A stretch of 64,000 nucleotides of DNA. Source: a virus. Its lineage: Duplodnaviria > Caudoviricetes. The notes beneath the pieces were generated by a model. The model had not been told where the DNA came from. It made no database searches and saw nothing but the letters and a program-made list of their open reading frames with translations. Shown one piece after another: positions 49,701 through 58,241 of this stretch. Within the stretch, counting starts at the first letter, position 1. The number at the start of each line of letters is the position of its first letter. The stretch is from positions 1 to 64,000 of the IMG/VR virus record IMGVR_UViG_3300017814_000114. One strand, written 5' to 3'. A program made the position numbers and the translations under genes.

Positions 49701-50666
49701 GTAATAATACTCGGTCAGGAAGTTCCACAAAAAGACGATAATGCGCTAACCAATCGTGTCATTTTATGCGAAGTACCAAAATCGCCAAAGCTCCGCGAGG
49801 AACATGCAGTGGAAATTTTTCAAGAATTAAAAGATTACGAACGTGCCGGTCTATCTTACCTGCTCGTTGATATACTAAAACTTCGTCCTCTTATCCGAGA
49901 ACACTTTTCAGAAGTATGGAAACGTACCTCAAGAGAGCTCCAACAGAGATTGGAGTCTATTACTGGCAGCAAGAGCGGAGATCAGGCACGTATAACCAAC
50001 ACAGTTTCAATGTTTGTTACGACTTTAAAAATCGTCGAGAACTATGCCCCTCACATTAAATTGCCATTCACCGTCGAAGAATTTATACCAATTGCTGTCG
50101 AAAAGATCCGTTCACAGGTAGACATGATCATAAAGACTGATAAACTGGCCACATTCTTTAATACGATCGACTATCTGCTTGATAAAGGTACCGTTAAATA
50201 TGGACGCGATTACAAGATCGTCCGCCCTGGACGGAATATCAAGCTTAAAGACAGTCAAGAATACGTATTACCGAGCACTGACACTAGCATTATTTACATG
50301 CGACTTTCTACTCTGCATAGCATCTATTCTTCAGCGATCGGTACAAAAGAAGCTTTTACCCTCGGAACTATTCAACAAAATCTACGATCTAGTCCCGCTT
50401 ATATAGGAATGGTTGACAGCACAAAGTTTCATTACATGGAAGCCAAAGAAGTACCGGCAAGCCAAGCCTATCAAAACGACAACGCAACACCTGGAGCAAA
50501 GCCGAACATGACACTCACGCGTATCATGGTGCCCGTTGAACGGTCTTATTCTGCGATGGTACTCAACTACGACGTTCTAAAAGGACTCATAGGAATCAAT
50601 CTCGATCGCGAAAATGAAGGAGGGAACAATACTCTGGTGGAAAAAGAACCACCATTACCATTCTGA
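46722..50666 (+). CDS. DnaG-like primase-helicase
   Basis: GLCPFHNEKTPSF, VEGQMDV, DGDDAG, KDPDD, Walker A GPTESGKT. Confidence 0.92.
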   Translation: MSQIPQDTIDRIQGAADIVKVIGKDVALKKQGVNYVGLCPFHNEKTPSFTVSPARGIYKCFSCGEGGNVISYLQKANGMSFPEAVRELGKQYGIDVPNVELTNEQRISQQEKESARIAIEEAHNLFCWNLKRSPEGNEYLSDRNIKPAIVEQFGLGFAFSSNELSKRMVQKGYNPKHLITCGVSYMDDQHTLHDFFYNRIIFPFYDHLGNVIGFDGRDIRPIPADKSKPYIKYKNTGDTILFKKGSCLYGLYQARKSIIQKDKVYIVEGQMDVLQSFQSGLTNVVASSGCAFDERQRRLIHNITSNVVLLLDGDDAGIKSAIDKIPKFVKDEFVVKCVLLPVGKDPDDMAKIKGMDFPKWVEEKETSYIDFLGHTLFDPADDEYRKLAKTKTVLAIIMTEKEAIIREKLMGELYSFTGYSLEQLNQLTGSIQTPEEPEHFQPGFYGTEFIKEYIEKEEKIIHLTPDFHRFQTNIGEKQPWLFYYGLPSQGEIQNLMQLADRVIVHSPDMQCDGRSENSDCKLMKEMFKFGLTVDVMDNSEVPVGFLFFYISWYGDRIRKDSPTPEVKNEYITRCAEMISYARESIQTINMEAWAKILDLKTTALKDVLKPFNSERKSRRKIERERGDIFNDLMYVDESNIPDYVLQNEEYKKMLDRFNFYPLLNNDGIPVSYMFKTDNTSYHRVSDFYMEPLFHVYSTNDEENRRILRLNSLYDKKPKYVEWPSTTFVKLTEIQKKLVCLDGGYNFENGTAVDYNRIWTYMSHKFPACTQIKVYGQQEEGCFLFSNAILHQVDNEWQFEFCDDLGLMRDGDTLFYSPAFSKINLGRKDNDQFEQERFLAYTDTPAKKRTTFEHWASLMNEVYQINDNGKWAIIFAIMCAFRSDIHPLMNRTFTSLFFVGPTESGKTQIAVSIRSLFIRPEAPAFNLTSGTDAAFFSILEKFRDVPQIYEEYNDEMISDAKFQGLKDVTYDSNGKQKRKSATTNDIETSKVNAPVIILGQEVPQKDDNALTNRVILCEVPKSPKLREEHAVEIFQELKDYERAGLSYLLVDILKLRPLIREHFSEVWKRTSRELQQRLESITGSKSGDQARITNTVSMFVTTLKIVENYAPHIKLPFTVEEFIPIAVEKIRSQVDMIIKTDKLATFFNTIDYLLDKGTVKYGRDYKIVRPGRNIKLKDSQEYVLPSTDTSIIYMRLSTLHSIYSSAIGTKEAFTLGTIQQNLRSSPAYIGMVDSTKFHYMEAKEVPASQAYQNDNATPGAKPNMTLTRIMVPVERSYSAMVLNYDVLKGLIGINLDRENEGGNNTLVEKEPPLPF

Positions 50667-50756
50667 TACGGCAGGATGATTTATTTCCATATTAAAAGAA
50701 AGAACTTAAAAGGTTAGATATGAGCAAAAAATGTTTTATTAAAAAATAGATAAAAT

Positions 50757-51287
50757 ATGAATACCAAAATTATTACGAGAGTAAATGACGTCGATATCGT
50801 ATCGACAAGTGACGAACAATTGGTCGCGATCAAACCGATTTGCGAAGCATTAGGCATTACGGACAGACCGCAACGTGAGAAGATTTCTTCCCATCCGATT
50901 TTATCTTCAGTTGGGACGCTTAGCATCCTAACTGGGAAAGATGGTAAAGAGTATGAAATGTTTTGTTTGCCGTTCAAATATGTGTTTGGTTGGCTATTTA
51001 CTATCAATCCAAATAATGTGGATGAATCGGCTCGCCCGAACTTGATTAAATTCCAAGAGGAATGTTACGAAGCTTTATATCGATATTTTGCAGATAAAGC
51101 CACATTTGTAGAACAGAAACAGCAAGAAATAGACAAGCAACTCGGTATCGTAGAAGAGGCAAAATCTAATTTCAATAAAGCAAAAAGTGTGTTGAGCGAT
51201 GCCGATCAAAGATTACAGAAACTGCGCAAGCTTACCATGGACGATTTCGATTACGAACGCCGTCAACTCAAACTTTTCGAATCTTAA
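50757..51287 (+). CDS. Phage antirepressor (P22 AR N-terminal domain)
   Basis: Near-identical core to 3190..3717. Confidence 0.85.
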   Translation: MNTKIITRVNDVDIVSTSDEQLVAIKPICEALGITDRPQREKISSHPILSSVGTLSILTGKDGKEYEMFCLPFKYVFGWLFTINPNNVDESARPNLIKFQEECYEALYRYFADKATFVEQKQQEIDKQLGIVEEAKSNFNKAKSVLSDADQRLQKLRKLTMDDFDYERRQLKLFES

Positions 51288-51292
51288 ACGTT

Positions 51293-51610
51293 ATGATAGT
51301 CTATGTATGTATTCCCATCAACGGTCGCAAGGGCGGAACGTTGGAGGAAAAGAAGATAGCAGCCAAAAAACAATCTGATTGTATTAAATCAATACTTCAA
51401 GACAAAGGCCATTCTGTCATTACGCCATTTGACATTGTCCCCATCAAAGAAGATATCGACGATGCTGAAGCGCTCGGACGTCGTATAACAGCTCTTCGCA
51501 GATGTGATGCAATTTATAAGGCATCCGGATGGCGCTTTTCGAATGGGTGCCAAGTTGAAAGTGTAACAGCCCAAGTCTATAACATCAAAGTACTAGAGGA
51601 TGAGATATAG
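51293..51610 (+). CDS. DUF4406-like protein
   Basis: Paralogue of 3742..4059. Confidence 0.8.
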   Translation: MIVYVCIPINGRKGGTLEEKKIAAKKQSDCIKSILQDKGHSVITPFDIVPIKEDIDDAEALGRRITALRRCDAIYKASGWRFSNGCQVESVTAQVYNIKVLEDEI

Positions 51611-51667
51611 CTAGTAGGGATACCCACAAGAGTATTATTGAATTTTGATTTTTGTATTAGTTTTTTG

Positions 51668-51701
51668 AATCCTAGGCGTCGCGATGATGTCTAGGATTTT
51701 T
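51668..51701 (+). terminator. Terminator of the early operon
   Basis: AATCCTAGG...CTAGGATT plus T-tract. Confidence 0.7.
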
Positions 51702-51774
51702 CATTCCCCCGATGACCCCCAATTTAACAATTGAAATAAGAATAAGCATGAAAAATATTTTTCAGAAAAACGAG

Positions 51775-52094
51775 CCCAACGGCCCAACGACCCAACGAAA
51801 GAATTATTTTTCAAAATATAATATAATAGTAAATAGTTGATATATAGTATTCTATCATTAATTATATATTCGTTTGGTTTAGTTGGGCGCATTCTTTATA
51901 CGTTGGGCTTCGTTTGGTTCAATAATTTTATGTCCAACGATAGTACAGGCTTACTTGAGATGCTGAACCCAACGAAATGATAAAAAGTTGGGCACGTTCT
52001 GCACTAAATTTTTAGTAAAACATTTTGCTTTCAACTTAAATATTAGTAATTTAGCTAAAATTTTACTACCCGGTTGGGCCGTTGGGCCGTTGGG
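51775..52094. repeat. Putative replication origin 2 with CCCAACG iterons
   Basis: CCCAACG x3 (51775, 51783, 51791), (C/G)GTTGGG x3 (52072, 52080, 52088) and internal variants. Confidence 0.75.
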
Positions 52095-52139
52095 TTCTAA
52101 AAAAACAACTTTTATTTTTCAGATAAAAAAAGAATAGAA

Positions 52140-52637
52140 ATGATTAACACTTGCATTAACATTAAGCCCTATTTGGCTGAGTATATTAAAGGTAAATTTG
52201 GCAATTTATGCGGAGATCCAATCGCATTTCCGGATTCATCCGACTTATATCATATTATATTTGACTTACTTCAAAAAAGACCTGAAGGCAAAAGTCCAGT
52301 AGATACCGGCAATTTACTTATAAATCTTCCCTCTAGACGCATAGGCAAAAAGCCCGAAGTTTATAATTATCTATCTGCTCGAGCACAACGTATGATCGAG
52401 AAAAAAATAAAGCTAATGTTTGACAATGAATTACATGATCGTTTTGAAGAAAACTATAGAGATGCTCATCGCCTTGACAACATAGAAATAGCATTTGGGT
52501 TTATGACCATGTATTCGATAGAGTCCATATCAGAAGATGCACTCCTTAAAAATTATTATAGGTGGAGAGATAACTGTAGAAAGAAAAGTCATCGGAGAAA
52601 GTACCAAAAGAATCAAAAGAATTACTCGAACATTTAA
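52140..52637 (+). CDS. Conserved phage protein, candidate late activator
   Basis: Homologue of 8020..8556. Confidence 0.55.
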   Translation: MINTCINIKPYLAEYIKGKFGNLCGDPIAFPDSSDLYHIIFDLLQKRPEGKSPVDTGNLLINLPSRRIGKKPEVYNYLSARAQRMIEKKIKLMFDNELHDRFEENYRDAHRLDNIEIAFGFMTMYSIESISEDALLKNYYRWRDNCRKKSHRRKYQKNQKNYSNI

Positions 52638-52757
52638 AAACATTAAAAATGAGCATAAAAAAAGAGCCCACCAAATGTCGCTTTTTGTCCAAAATGTATG
52701 ACAAAACAGTCCTATTCGCATCCACAATGTGACTAATACATTAACTGCCAATTAATT

Positions 52758-53078
52758 ATGAAACAATTTTCCCAGATAATTAGAATAATAGAATTGACAT
52801 CATCCAAAGAACTCAACGTTCTTGTCGATCCTTTTATTCTTGAACCAACTCCAGAGACATCTAATCAAGGAACAGCTTATTCCGTTGACCTGAATCTATC
52901 TTCAACCGACGAGATACCTGCAGCATGGGTTGGACGAGAATTCAATGCTCGTATATATATTAATAATGGTGCGATATTATTCGGCGATGAAGACTACCCC
53001 ACTAAGTGCTTAATAAGTCCATATCTTAACCATTATGCCATAAAAATAACCAGCAAACAGCCTTATCCAATAATATAG
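52758..53078 (+). CDS. Hypothetical protein
   Basis: Positional homologue of 8540..8956. Confidence 0.6.
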   Translation: MKQFSQIIRIIELTSSKELNVLVDPFILEPTPETSNQGTAYSVDLNLSSTDEIPAAWVGREFNARIYINNGAILFGDEDYPTKCLISPYLNHYAIKITSKQPYPII

Positions 53079-53079
53079 C

Positions 53080-53114
53080 GTACTTTATCCCACAAAAAGA
53101 GCTGGCTATCTTTG
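53080..53114 (+). promoter_or_regulatory. Late-type promoter GTACTTT-N20-TATCTTTG
   Basis: Same spacing as the prophage 1 motif. Confidence 0.55.
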
Positions 53115-53131
53115 ATAAAAAATAAACGAGG

Positions 53132-54046
53132 ATGGCCAAGACATTATATTTACCTTCTGAATTTTTAAGAGCTAACAATTTATTAGTGACTCGAGAGCAA
53201 TATACTGAGTCACTAATGAATTTTATGCTTTTAGAAGGTAAACTGCCAACATATAAAGACACTATAAAAAGTAGTGTTAAGCGAACTTGTGAATTATCCA
53301 ATAAAGACATTCCTATAGCGATTGATGATTATTCCTCTGCAGAACTCGAGCAGAACACGATCGCCTATTTCTTTATTTCCGGATTTATCACGGCTGACAG
53401 TTGGTGGTGTTTTTCTTCTAAACAATTTGAATCCGAGATTAAAGCCGCAGATGCCAATCCCAATATTAGCGTACATTTTCTTCACATAAGTTCTGGCGGT
53501 GGGGAAGGTTGGTATCTAGATCGATTATCAGAGACACTTAAGTCTTTGACAAAACCCATCTATGTGCTTATCGAGAAGTTATGTGCATCTGCAGCGTACT
53601 ATATCGGCTGTCATGGTACAAAAGTAATGGCCATGACTCAAAATGATCTTATAGGCTGTATTGGCGTTATGACACAAGTGATGGACCCCTCAAAATTCTT
53701 CGAAAACATGGGGATAAAAATCTTCGATTTATATGCGGATCAGTCCGACTTAAAAAACAAAAAATATAACGACATAATCAAAGGGAAGCCAGAGCAATAT
53801 ATCAGTGAAGAACTTAACCCTATGGCTATCCAATTTATTAATGAGGTCCGCTCTTCTCGATCTCCATTCTCTGAGCTGAAAGATAACGATCCGATACTCA
53901 GAGGTGAAACCTATATGGCCAATATCGCAAAAGAAAATGGTCTTATAGATGGTATTATAACTTTAGAAGACGCTCTTAATGATGCCTACCAGATTGGCCT
54001 TAATTCCAACAGTAAAGGAAAGATTTATACCATTTTCAATAATTAA
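53132..54046 (+). CDS. S49-family prohead peptidase
   Basis: ISSGGG, CASAAYYIG, IGCIGV, A..NGLIDGI. Confidence 0.88.
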   Translation: MAKTLYLPSEFLRANNLLVTREQYTESLMNFMLLEGKLPTYKDTIKSSVKRTCELSNKDIPIAIDDYSSAELEQNTIAYFFISGFITADSWWCFSSKQFESEIKAADANPNISVHFLHISSGGGEGWYLDRLSETLKSLTKPIYVLIEKLCASAAYYIGCHGTKVMAMTQNDLIGCIGVMTQVMDPSKFFENMGIKIFDLYADQSDLKNKKYNDIIKGKPEQYISEELNPMAIQFINEVRSSRSPFSELKDNDPILRGETYMANIAKENGLIDGIITLEDALNDAYQIGLNSNSKGKIYTIFNN

Positions 54047-54052
54047 TTTAAA

Positions 54053-56125
54053 ATGAAAACATTAAAAGAAAAAATCTCAGCAATTCTCACATCCCTTGGA
54101 TTCCTAGACAAAGCAAAAGCCGGAACACTGACAAACAGGGAGTGGGAACAAGTAGTCACTGCTTATAAACAGGAGTATAAAACTGAACTTTCTTCGGATA
54201 TGGCTAACGAAGAAAACAATCGCACTAGCAAACAGATTGCAGGCATTCAAAGTATTCTTAACCAAGTCGAAGTTGAGGAAAAGAAAAATGGAGGTTCAAA
54301 AAAAGAAGAAGATCCAGATAAAGGAGAGGATCCTGAAGAAGATCCGGATAAAAAGCCGAATAAAGAAGATTCTTCTAATTCACTCGAAAAAATTTCAGCT
54401 CAAGTTCAGAATGTCGTTAATGAGAACAAAAAGCTGAAAAAACAGATTGAGACAATTGCCACTCAAACAGTTGCTCCAACCCCAAAAGAAGTTATTAACT
54501 TTTCAATTGAAAATATGCCGAACCTGACTACGGAAAAATCGCTCTTTGGTATCGATAATCCGATATTCGATATGAGTAAACGTTATAATAAGTTATCTGC
54601 CAATCCAAAATTGTTGAATGACTTGACCGATCCAACGGAAGAAGACTTTTCCTCTTTCAAATCTGATTATCACAAATATGGTGAATCCCTTCGTAGTCGC
54701 TATAGAAAACTACAAGAAGCTCACCAACTGGACCCGAAGAAATTGGCCGATGGAACTTTCTCACTAGGAACCTCAGCTGTTTCCGGTGACAATCTTGGTA
54801 ATCTCGCAGATCAATATCTCATTCGACGCCAAGATGCTCTTATAGCCCGAATCATTAATCTTCGTACTGTGAATGACCTATTTCCAACTCAGTATGGAAT
54901 TCAGGACAGAGCTGTGTTAATGAACGCCTTCTTTGATTCGGTTTCCCAAGCATACCAAAAAGGCAAAGTGTTCAAAGGTGGCATGAAAATCGAACCTCAA
55001 TTCGGTTATGTTGACGATGCGATGATGAAGGTCTCTTTCGGTTCTATGAAAGAGATCGAAAGAATGTATATCGGATATCTGAATAAAGAGAATTCGGACC
55101 CTATGAAATGGTCGATCATAGAATTCTGCCTTCTGAACATGTATACTCAAATGCAGCAGGAGCAAAACCACCGTCACATTATGGGTATATATAGAAAACC
55201 TGAAATCGGCGTTCCAGGACATTATCTGAATGCAGCAACTGGAGTATATTATACCCTCGCTCGCCTAGTGCATGAACTTTCACTTAAACCAAATGATGAC
55301 GACTCTCTATATTCGTATGATAACACGACTATGCTGGATGTCGTAAAGGAGTTCGTCGACGAAGTTCTATCACAACTTGACGAAAATCAAACGCTAGACG
55401 GGTTCTTTTTATACTTGAATGCTAATCATTATACATGGTGGTTGAAGTGCCTGAGAAAAGAATATGGAAAGGATACAGATTTCACTAATGGACCGAGTGC
55501 TTACTCTGTGACAGTTCCAGATACAAATCTACACATTAAATGGGTGCCTAACCTTGGTCAAGAAAATCTGATGTTCATTCAAGAGCCTGGTAATATCGAA
55601 TTCCTTGAAAACGTAGCAGGTGAAATGTTGAATGCAAAAATGAAAGACGATATGGAAGAAATGCATTCATGGTCGACTTGGAAAGAAGGCTGTGGCGCTT
55701 CCTATGTTGGTCCCAAGTTCACTAGCAAAGAAGATCTTGATGAAAACAACTTTCAACTCCAAAGAATCTTTATGAATCTTCCTGCCGTTAAAGTCCCTGC
55801 TGATTCTACTGCGATTACCGCAGACAAAAATCATCGCTGGTATATAACAGGGAAAAACACAAAGGATACATCTCTTACTTCCATTACCAGTGCCAAACAA
55901 GGAGCTGCGTATATAATCCAGATAGGCGATGCCGCTTTCCCTACCAAAATAGCAAAATCAGGAAGTTTTTCTGAGATTACCGCAGATTTCATTCCTACTA
56001 AAGTCGGTGATTATATAATGGTTGGTTTGAACTCTTCGAATAAGTTTTTCGAGTTCGAGCGTCAAGTGAACGGCATTCGTGCAGTCAACAAGTTGGTTCA
56101 GCCTAACATTCCTGGTGTTCAATAA
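54053..56125 (+). CDS. Major capsid protein with N-terminal scaffold-like region and extra C-terminal domain (probable)
   Basis: Follows the protease; 690 aa; charged coiled N-terminus. Confidence 0.65.
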   Translation: MKTLKEKISAILTSLGFLDKAKAGTLTNREWEQVVTAYKQEYKTELSSDMANEENNRTSKQIAGIQSILNQVEVEEKKNGGSKKEEDPDKGEDPEEDPDKKPNKEDSSNSLEKISAQVQNVVNENKKLKKQIETIATQTVAPTPKEVINFSIENMPNLTTEKSLFGIDNPIFDMSKRYNKLSANPKLLNDLTDPTEEDFSSFKSDYHKYGESLRSRYRKLQEAHQLDPKKLADGTFSLGTSAVSGDNLGNLADQYLIRRQDALIARIINLRTVNDLFPTQYGIQDRAVLMNAFFDSVSQAYQKGKVFKGGMKIEPQFGYVDDAMMKVSFGSMKEIERMYIGYLNKENSDPMKWSIIEFCLLNMYTQMQQEQNHRHIMGIYRKPEIGVPGHYLNAATGVYYTLARLVHELSLKPNDDDSLYSYDNTTMLDVVKEFVDEVLSQLDENQTLDGFFLYLNANHYTWWLKCLRKEYGKDTDFTNGPSAYSVTVPDTNLHIKWVPNLGQENLMFIQEPGNIEFLENVAGEMLNAKMKDDMEEMHSWSTWKEGCGASYVGPKFTSKEDLDENNFQLQRIFMNLPAVKVPADSTAITADKNHRWYITGKNTKDTSLTSITSAKQGAAYIIQIGDAAFPTKIAKSGSFSEITADFIPTKVGDYIMVGLNSSNKFFEFERQVNGIRAVNKLVQPNIPGVQ

Positions 56126-56189
56126 TATTCATTCAAGATAAACGGTAAGTTTATCTCTTATCGTTTATCTTCTTTAATAATAAGTAATT

Positions 56190-57206
56190 ATGAAATCAAA
56201 AAAATCCATTATCAACAGAGCGATTCGTGCATATCGCACTGACCAAAGAAGAGCAATTGAGCACATGAGATCAATGTATTTTTTGCTCTCTGCTGTAGTT
56301 TTTATTATCGCAATTATAGGACTGTTTGCCTGCCCTGATTCTTTATTGGGATGCAACATTGCCGGAGGTACTTCTCTCGCAGTTATGGCAGTGATTGGTA
56401 GTATTGACGATACTGCCGATAAATATACTTCAGGCAGTGATCTCTCTTACCAGGTATATGTTGTAGATGTCAGCCAGATAGATCGTACAAAGGTATTTCC
56501 CTCTCCAAATATTAATAGAGAAGTCGCATCAATACCGATGTTGCCCGGAGAATATATGCATTATTTTGAAGCACATACGATCCCAGAATATGAAAGTTCT
56601 TCCGAAAAAGGAGACATCACAACGACTGGAACTAATACGTTGACTATTGTGATGGGTGGAATGCGTGATAAATTACTCGATTTCCAAGAGGAACACACCG
56701 GAGGTAAATTCATCGTATTCTTTAAGTCAATCCAAACGCAAGGATGGATGATCCTCGGATCATTGGACTCTCCTGTTGTTTTGAAAAAATCTGAGGGAAA
56801 ACATAACAAAGATGGTAGATATATAACATTCACTTTTGAACGTTCTTCTGTCATACAGTATCACCATTATGTCGGGGCATTTATCACGGTTCCTGATATT
56901 GTTAATGCAGCAGATAGTGACACTCTCGCTATTAAACCAGGTGTTGATCAATATCAAATACCTGCCGGTGCAGCTGCGACTTATGCAATTTCTAAAATAT
57001 CCGGTATAACAGAAAGTGATAAAGGGCGCGTAATCACTCTTATAGGTACAGCATCAAGTAACGCTGCTACGATCGCCGACGGTTCTCTTTTTACTCTCGT
57101 TGATGGTACTACTTGGACCGCTAAAGCTGGTAGTAGAATCTCATTGCGAATATTAGACACCAACACCCTCGTAGAAGTTGATGGTAGCCGTGTACAAACA
57201 GCTTAG
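56190..57206 (+). CDS. Probable tail tube protein with N-terminal hydrophobic leader
   Basis: Position after capsid; similarity to 11032..11658; alternative start at 56385. Confidence 0.5.
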   Translation: MKSKKSIINRAIRAYRTDQRRAIEHMRSMYFLLSAVVFIIAIIGLFACPDSLLGCNIAGGTSLAVMAVIGSIDDTADKYTSGSDLSYQVYVVDVSQIDRTKVFPSPNINREVASIPMLPGEYMHYFEAHTIPEYESSSEKGDITTTGTNTLTIVMGGMRDKLLDFQEEHTGGKFIVFFKSIQTQGWMILGSLDSPVVLKKSEGKHNKDGRYITFTFERSSVIQYHHYVGAFITVPDIVNAADSDTLAIKPGVDQYQIPAGAAATYAISKISGITESDKGRVITLIGTASSNAATIADGSLFTLVDGTTWTAKAGSRISLRILDTNTLVEVDGSRVQTA

Positions 57207-57264
57207 TCTATTGTTTAACTACTCCAGCAATCACAAGGTTGCCGGGGTTTAATTATCAACTAAG

Positions 57265-57753
57265 ATGAATTTTAAAGAAAAAAACAAAGCGTATAGAGAC
57301 CTGAAAACTGAACAACACGCTGACGCAGATCTTCATTTGTTATCTCAATTAGACCCTAACAATACGTCAAACCTGAACAAATTCTCTCGTAATCCAAAAT
57401 TCTATTCAGGAGACATTCTATACTCTTTACTTGAGCTAACAGATAGAGATACCATCATCGCCCATAGACGTGAATGGCTTGTAGAGACACAGACTCATGC
57501 AGGCAATGATTCTGAAGTCCCTGCAGATAAGACTGATGGCAACACAGAAGAAGAACAAAAACAGAATCCAACGAACAATAACTCCGAAGTTCCTCCAGAT
57601 ACAACTGAAGACAGTGCAATGGAAAGACAAAAACAGGATCCCGCAGATAACAGTTCCGGAGTTCCTGAGGATCCGGCTGATGACAGCACAGAGAAAGATG
57701 AAGATGCAGATGCTTCATCTGGGAGCGACGAAGAACAAAAAAAAAGGAGTTAA
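57265..57753 (+). CDS. Hypothetical protein, upstream half of the frameshift pair
   Basis: Ends in an A9 run; acidic repeats. Confidence 0.65.
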   Translation: MNFKEKNKAYRDLKTEQHADADLHLLSQLDPNNTSNLNKFSRNPKFYSGDILYSLLELTDRDTIIAHRREWLVETQTHAGNDSEVPADKTDGNTEEEQKQNPTNNNSEVPPDTTEDSAMERQKQDPADNSSGVPEDPADDSTEKDEDADASSGSDEEQKKRS

Positions 57754-58241
57754 AACCACTATTAAAAGAACAGGAATACCCGAATATCAAGTGGGATAAT
57801 CTATCTAACAAAAGTGTTCAGATGGCCACTATTCTTTATAATGACCGAATAAACACTTATAATAGGATGAAGGTTCTCGATACGAAGCTCGACCATCGAC
57901 CTACAATATCTGCAGTAAGTGAAATGGCTGAACTAAGAATCAGGAACCTTCTTTGTTTTAAAGAACTTAGATCCTTAAATGACTCCGGAATATTCTTGTA
58001 TGAACATCCTCTTATTGAGTGCATGTCCGAAAGAGTCGAACTTGAAAAATTGTTCAAAACGAATCCTTCAGAATTCCTTCATAAGTATAAAAGTGCATCA
58101 ACCAGTCTGCGGCGCTATGAAGGATATGTTAAGAAGAAGAGGGAAGGGCACGAAGTGGATGACCGTTCGCATCTTCAATATTACAGAAATCTTATATCCA
58201 CTGTTAAAGACATAATAAGCAATAGTAATGAAAAAAATTGA
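57744..58241 (+). CDS. Downstream half of the frameshift pair (-1 frame; first ATG at 57822)
   Basis: Frame open from 57702 through the A9 run. Confidence 0.6.
   Translation, partial: KELKPLLKEQEYPNIKWDNLSNKSVQMATILYNDRINTYNRMKVLDTKLDHRPTISAVSEMAELRIRNLLCFKELRSLNDSGIFLYEHPLIECMSERVELEKLFKTNPSEFLHKYKSASTSLRRYEGYVKKKREGHEVDDRSHLQYYRNLISTVKDIISNSNEKN

Noticed and set aside
3361-50928. Model in which a circular phage inserted by homologous recombination at the antirepressor repeat, explaining the attP-like junction
   Set aside because: It would give one parent two primases and the other none
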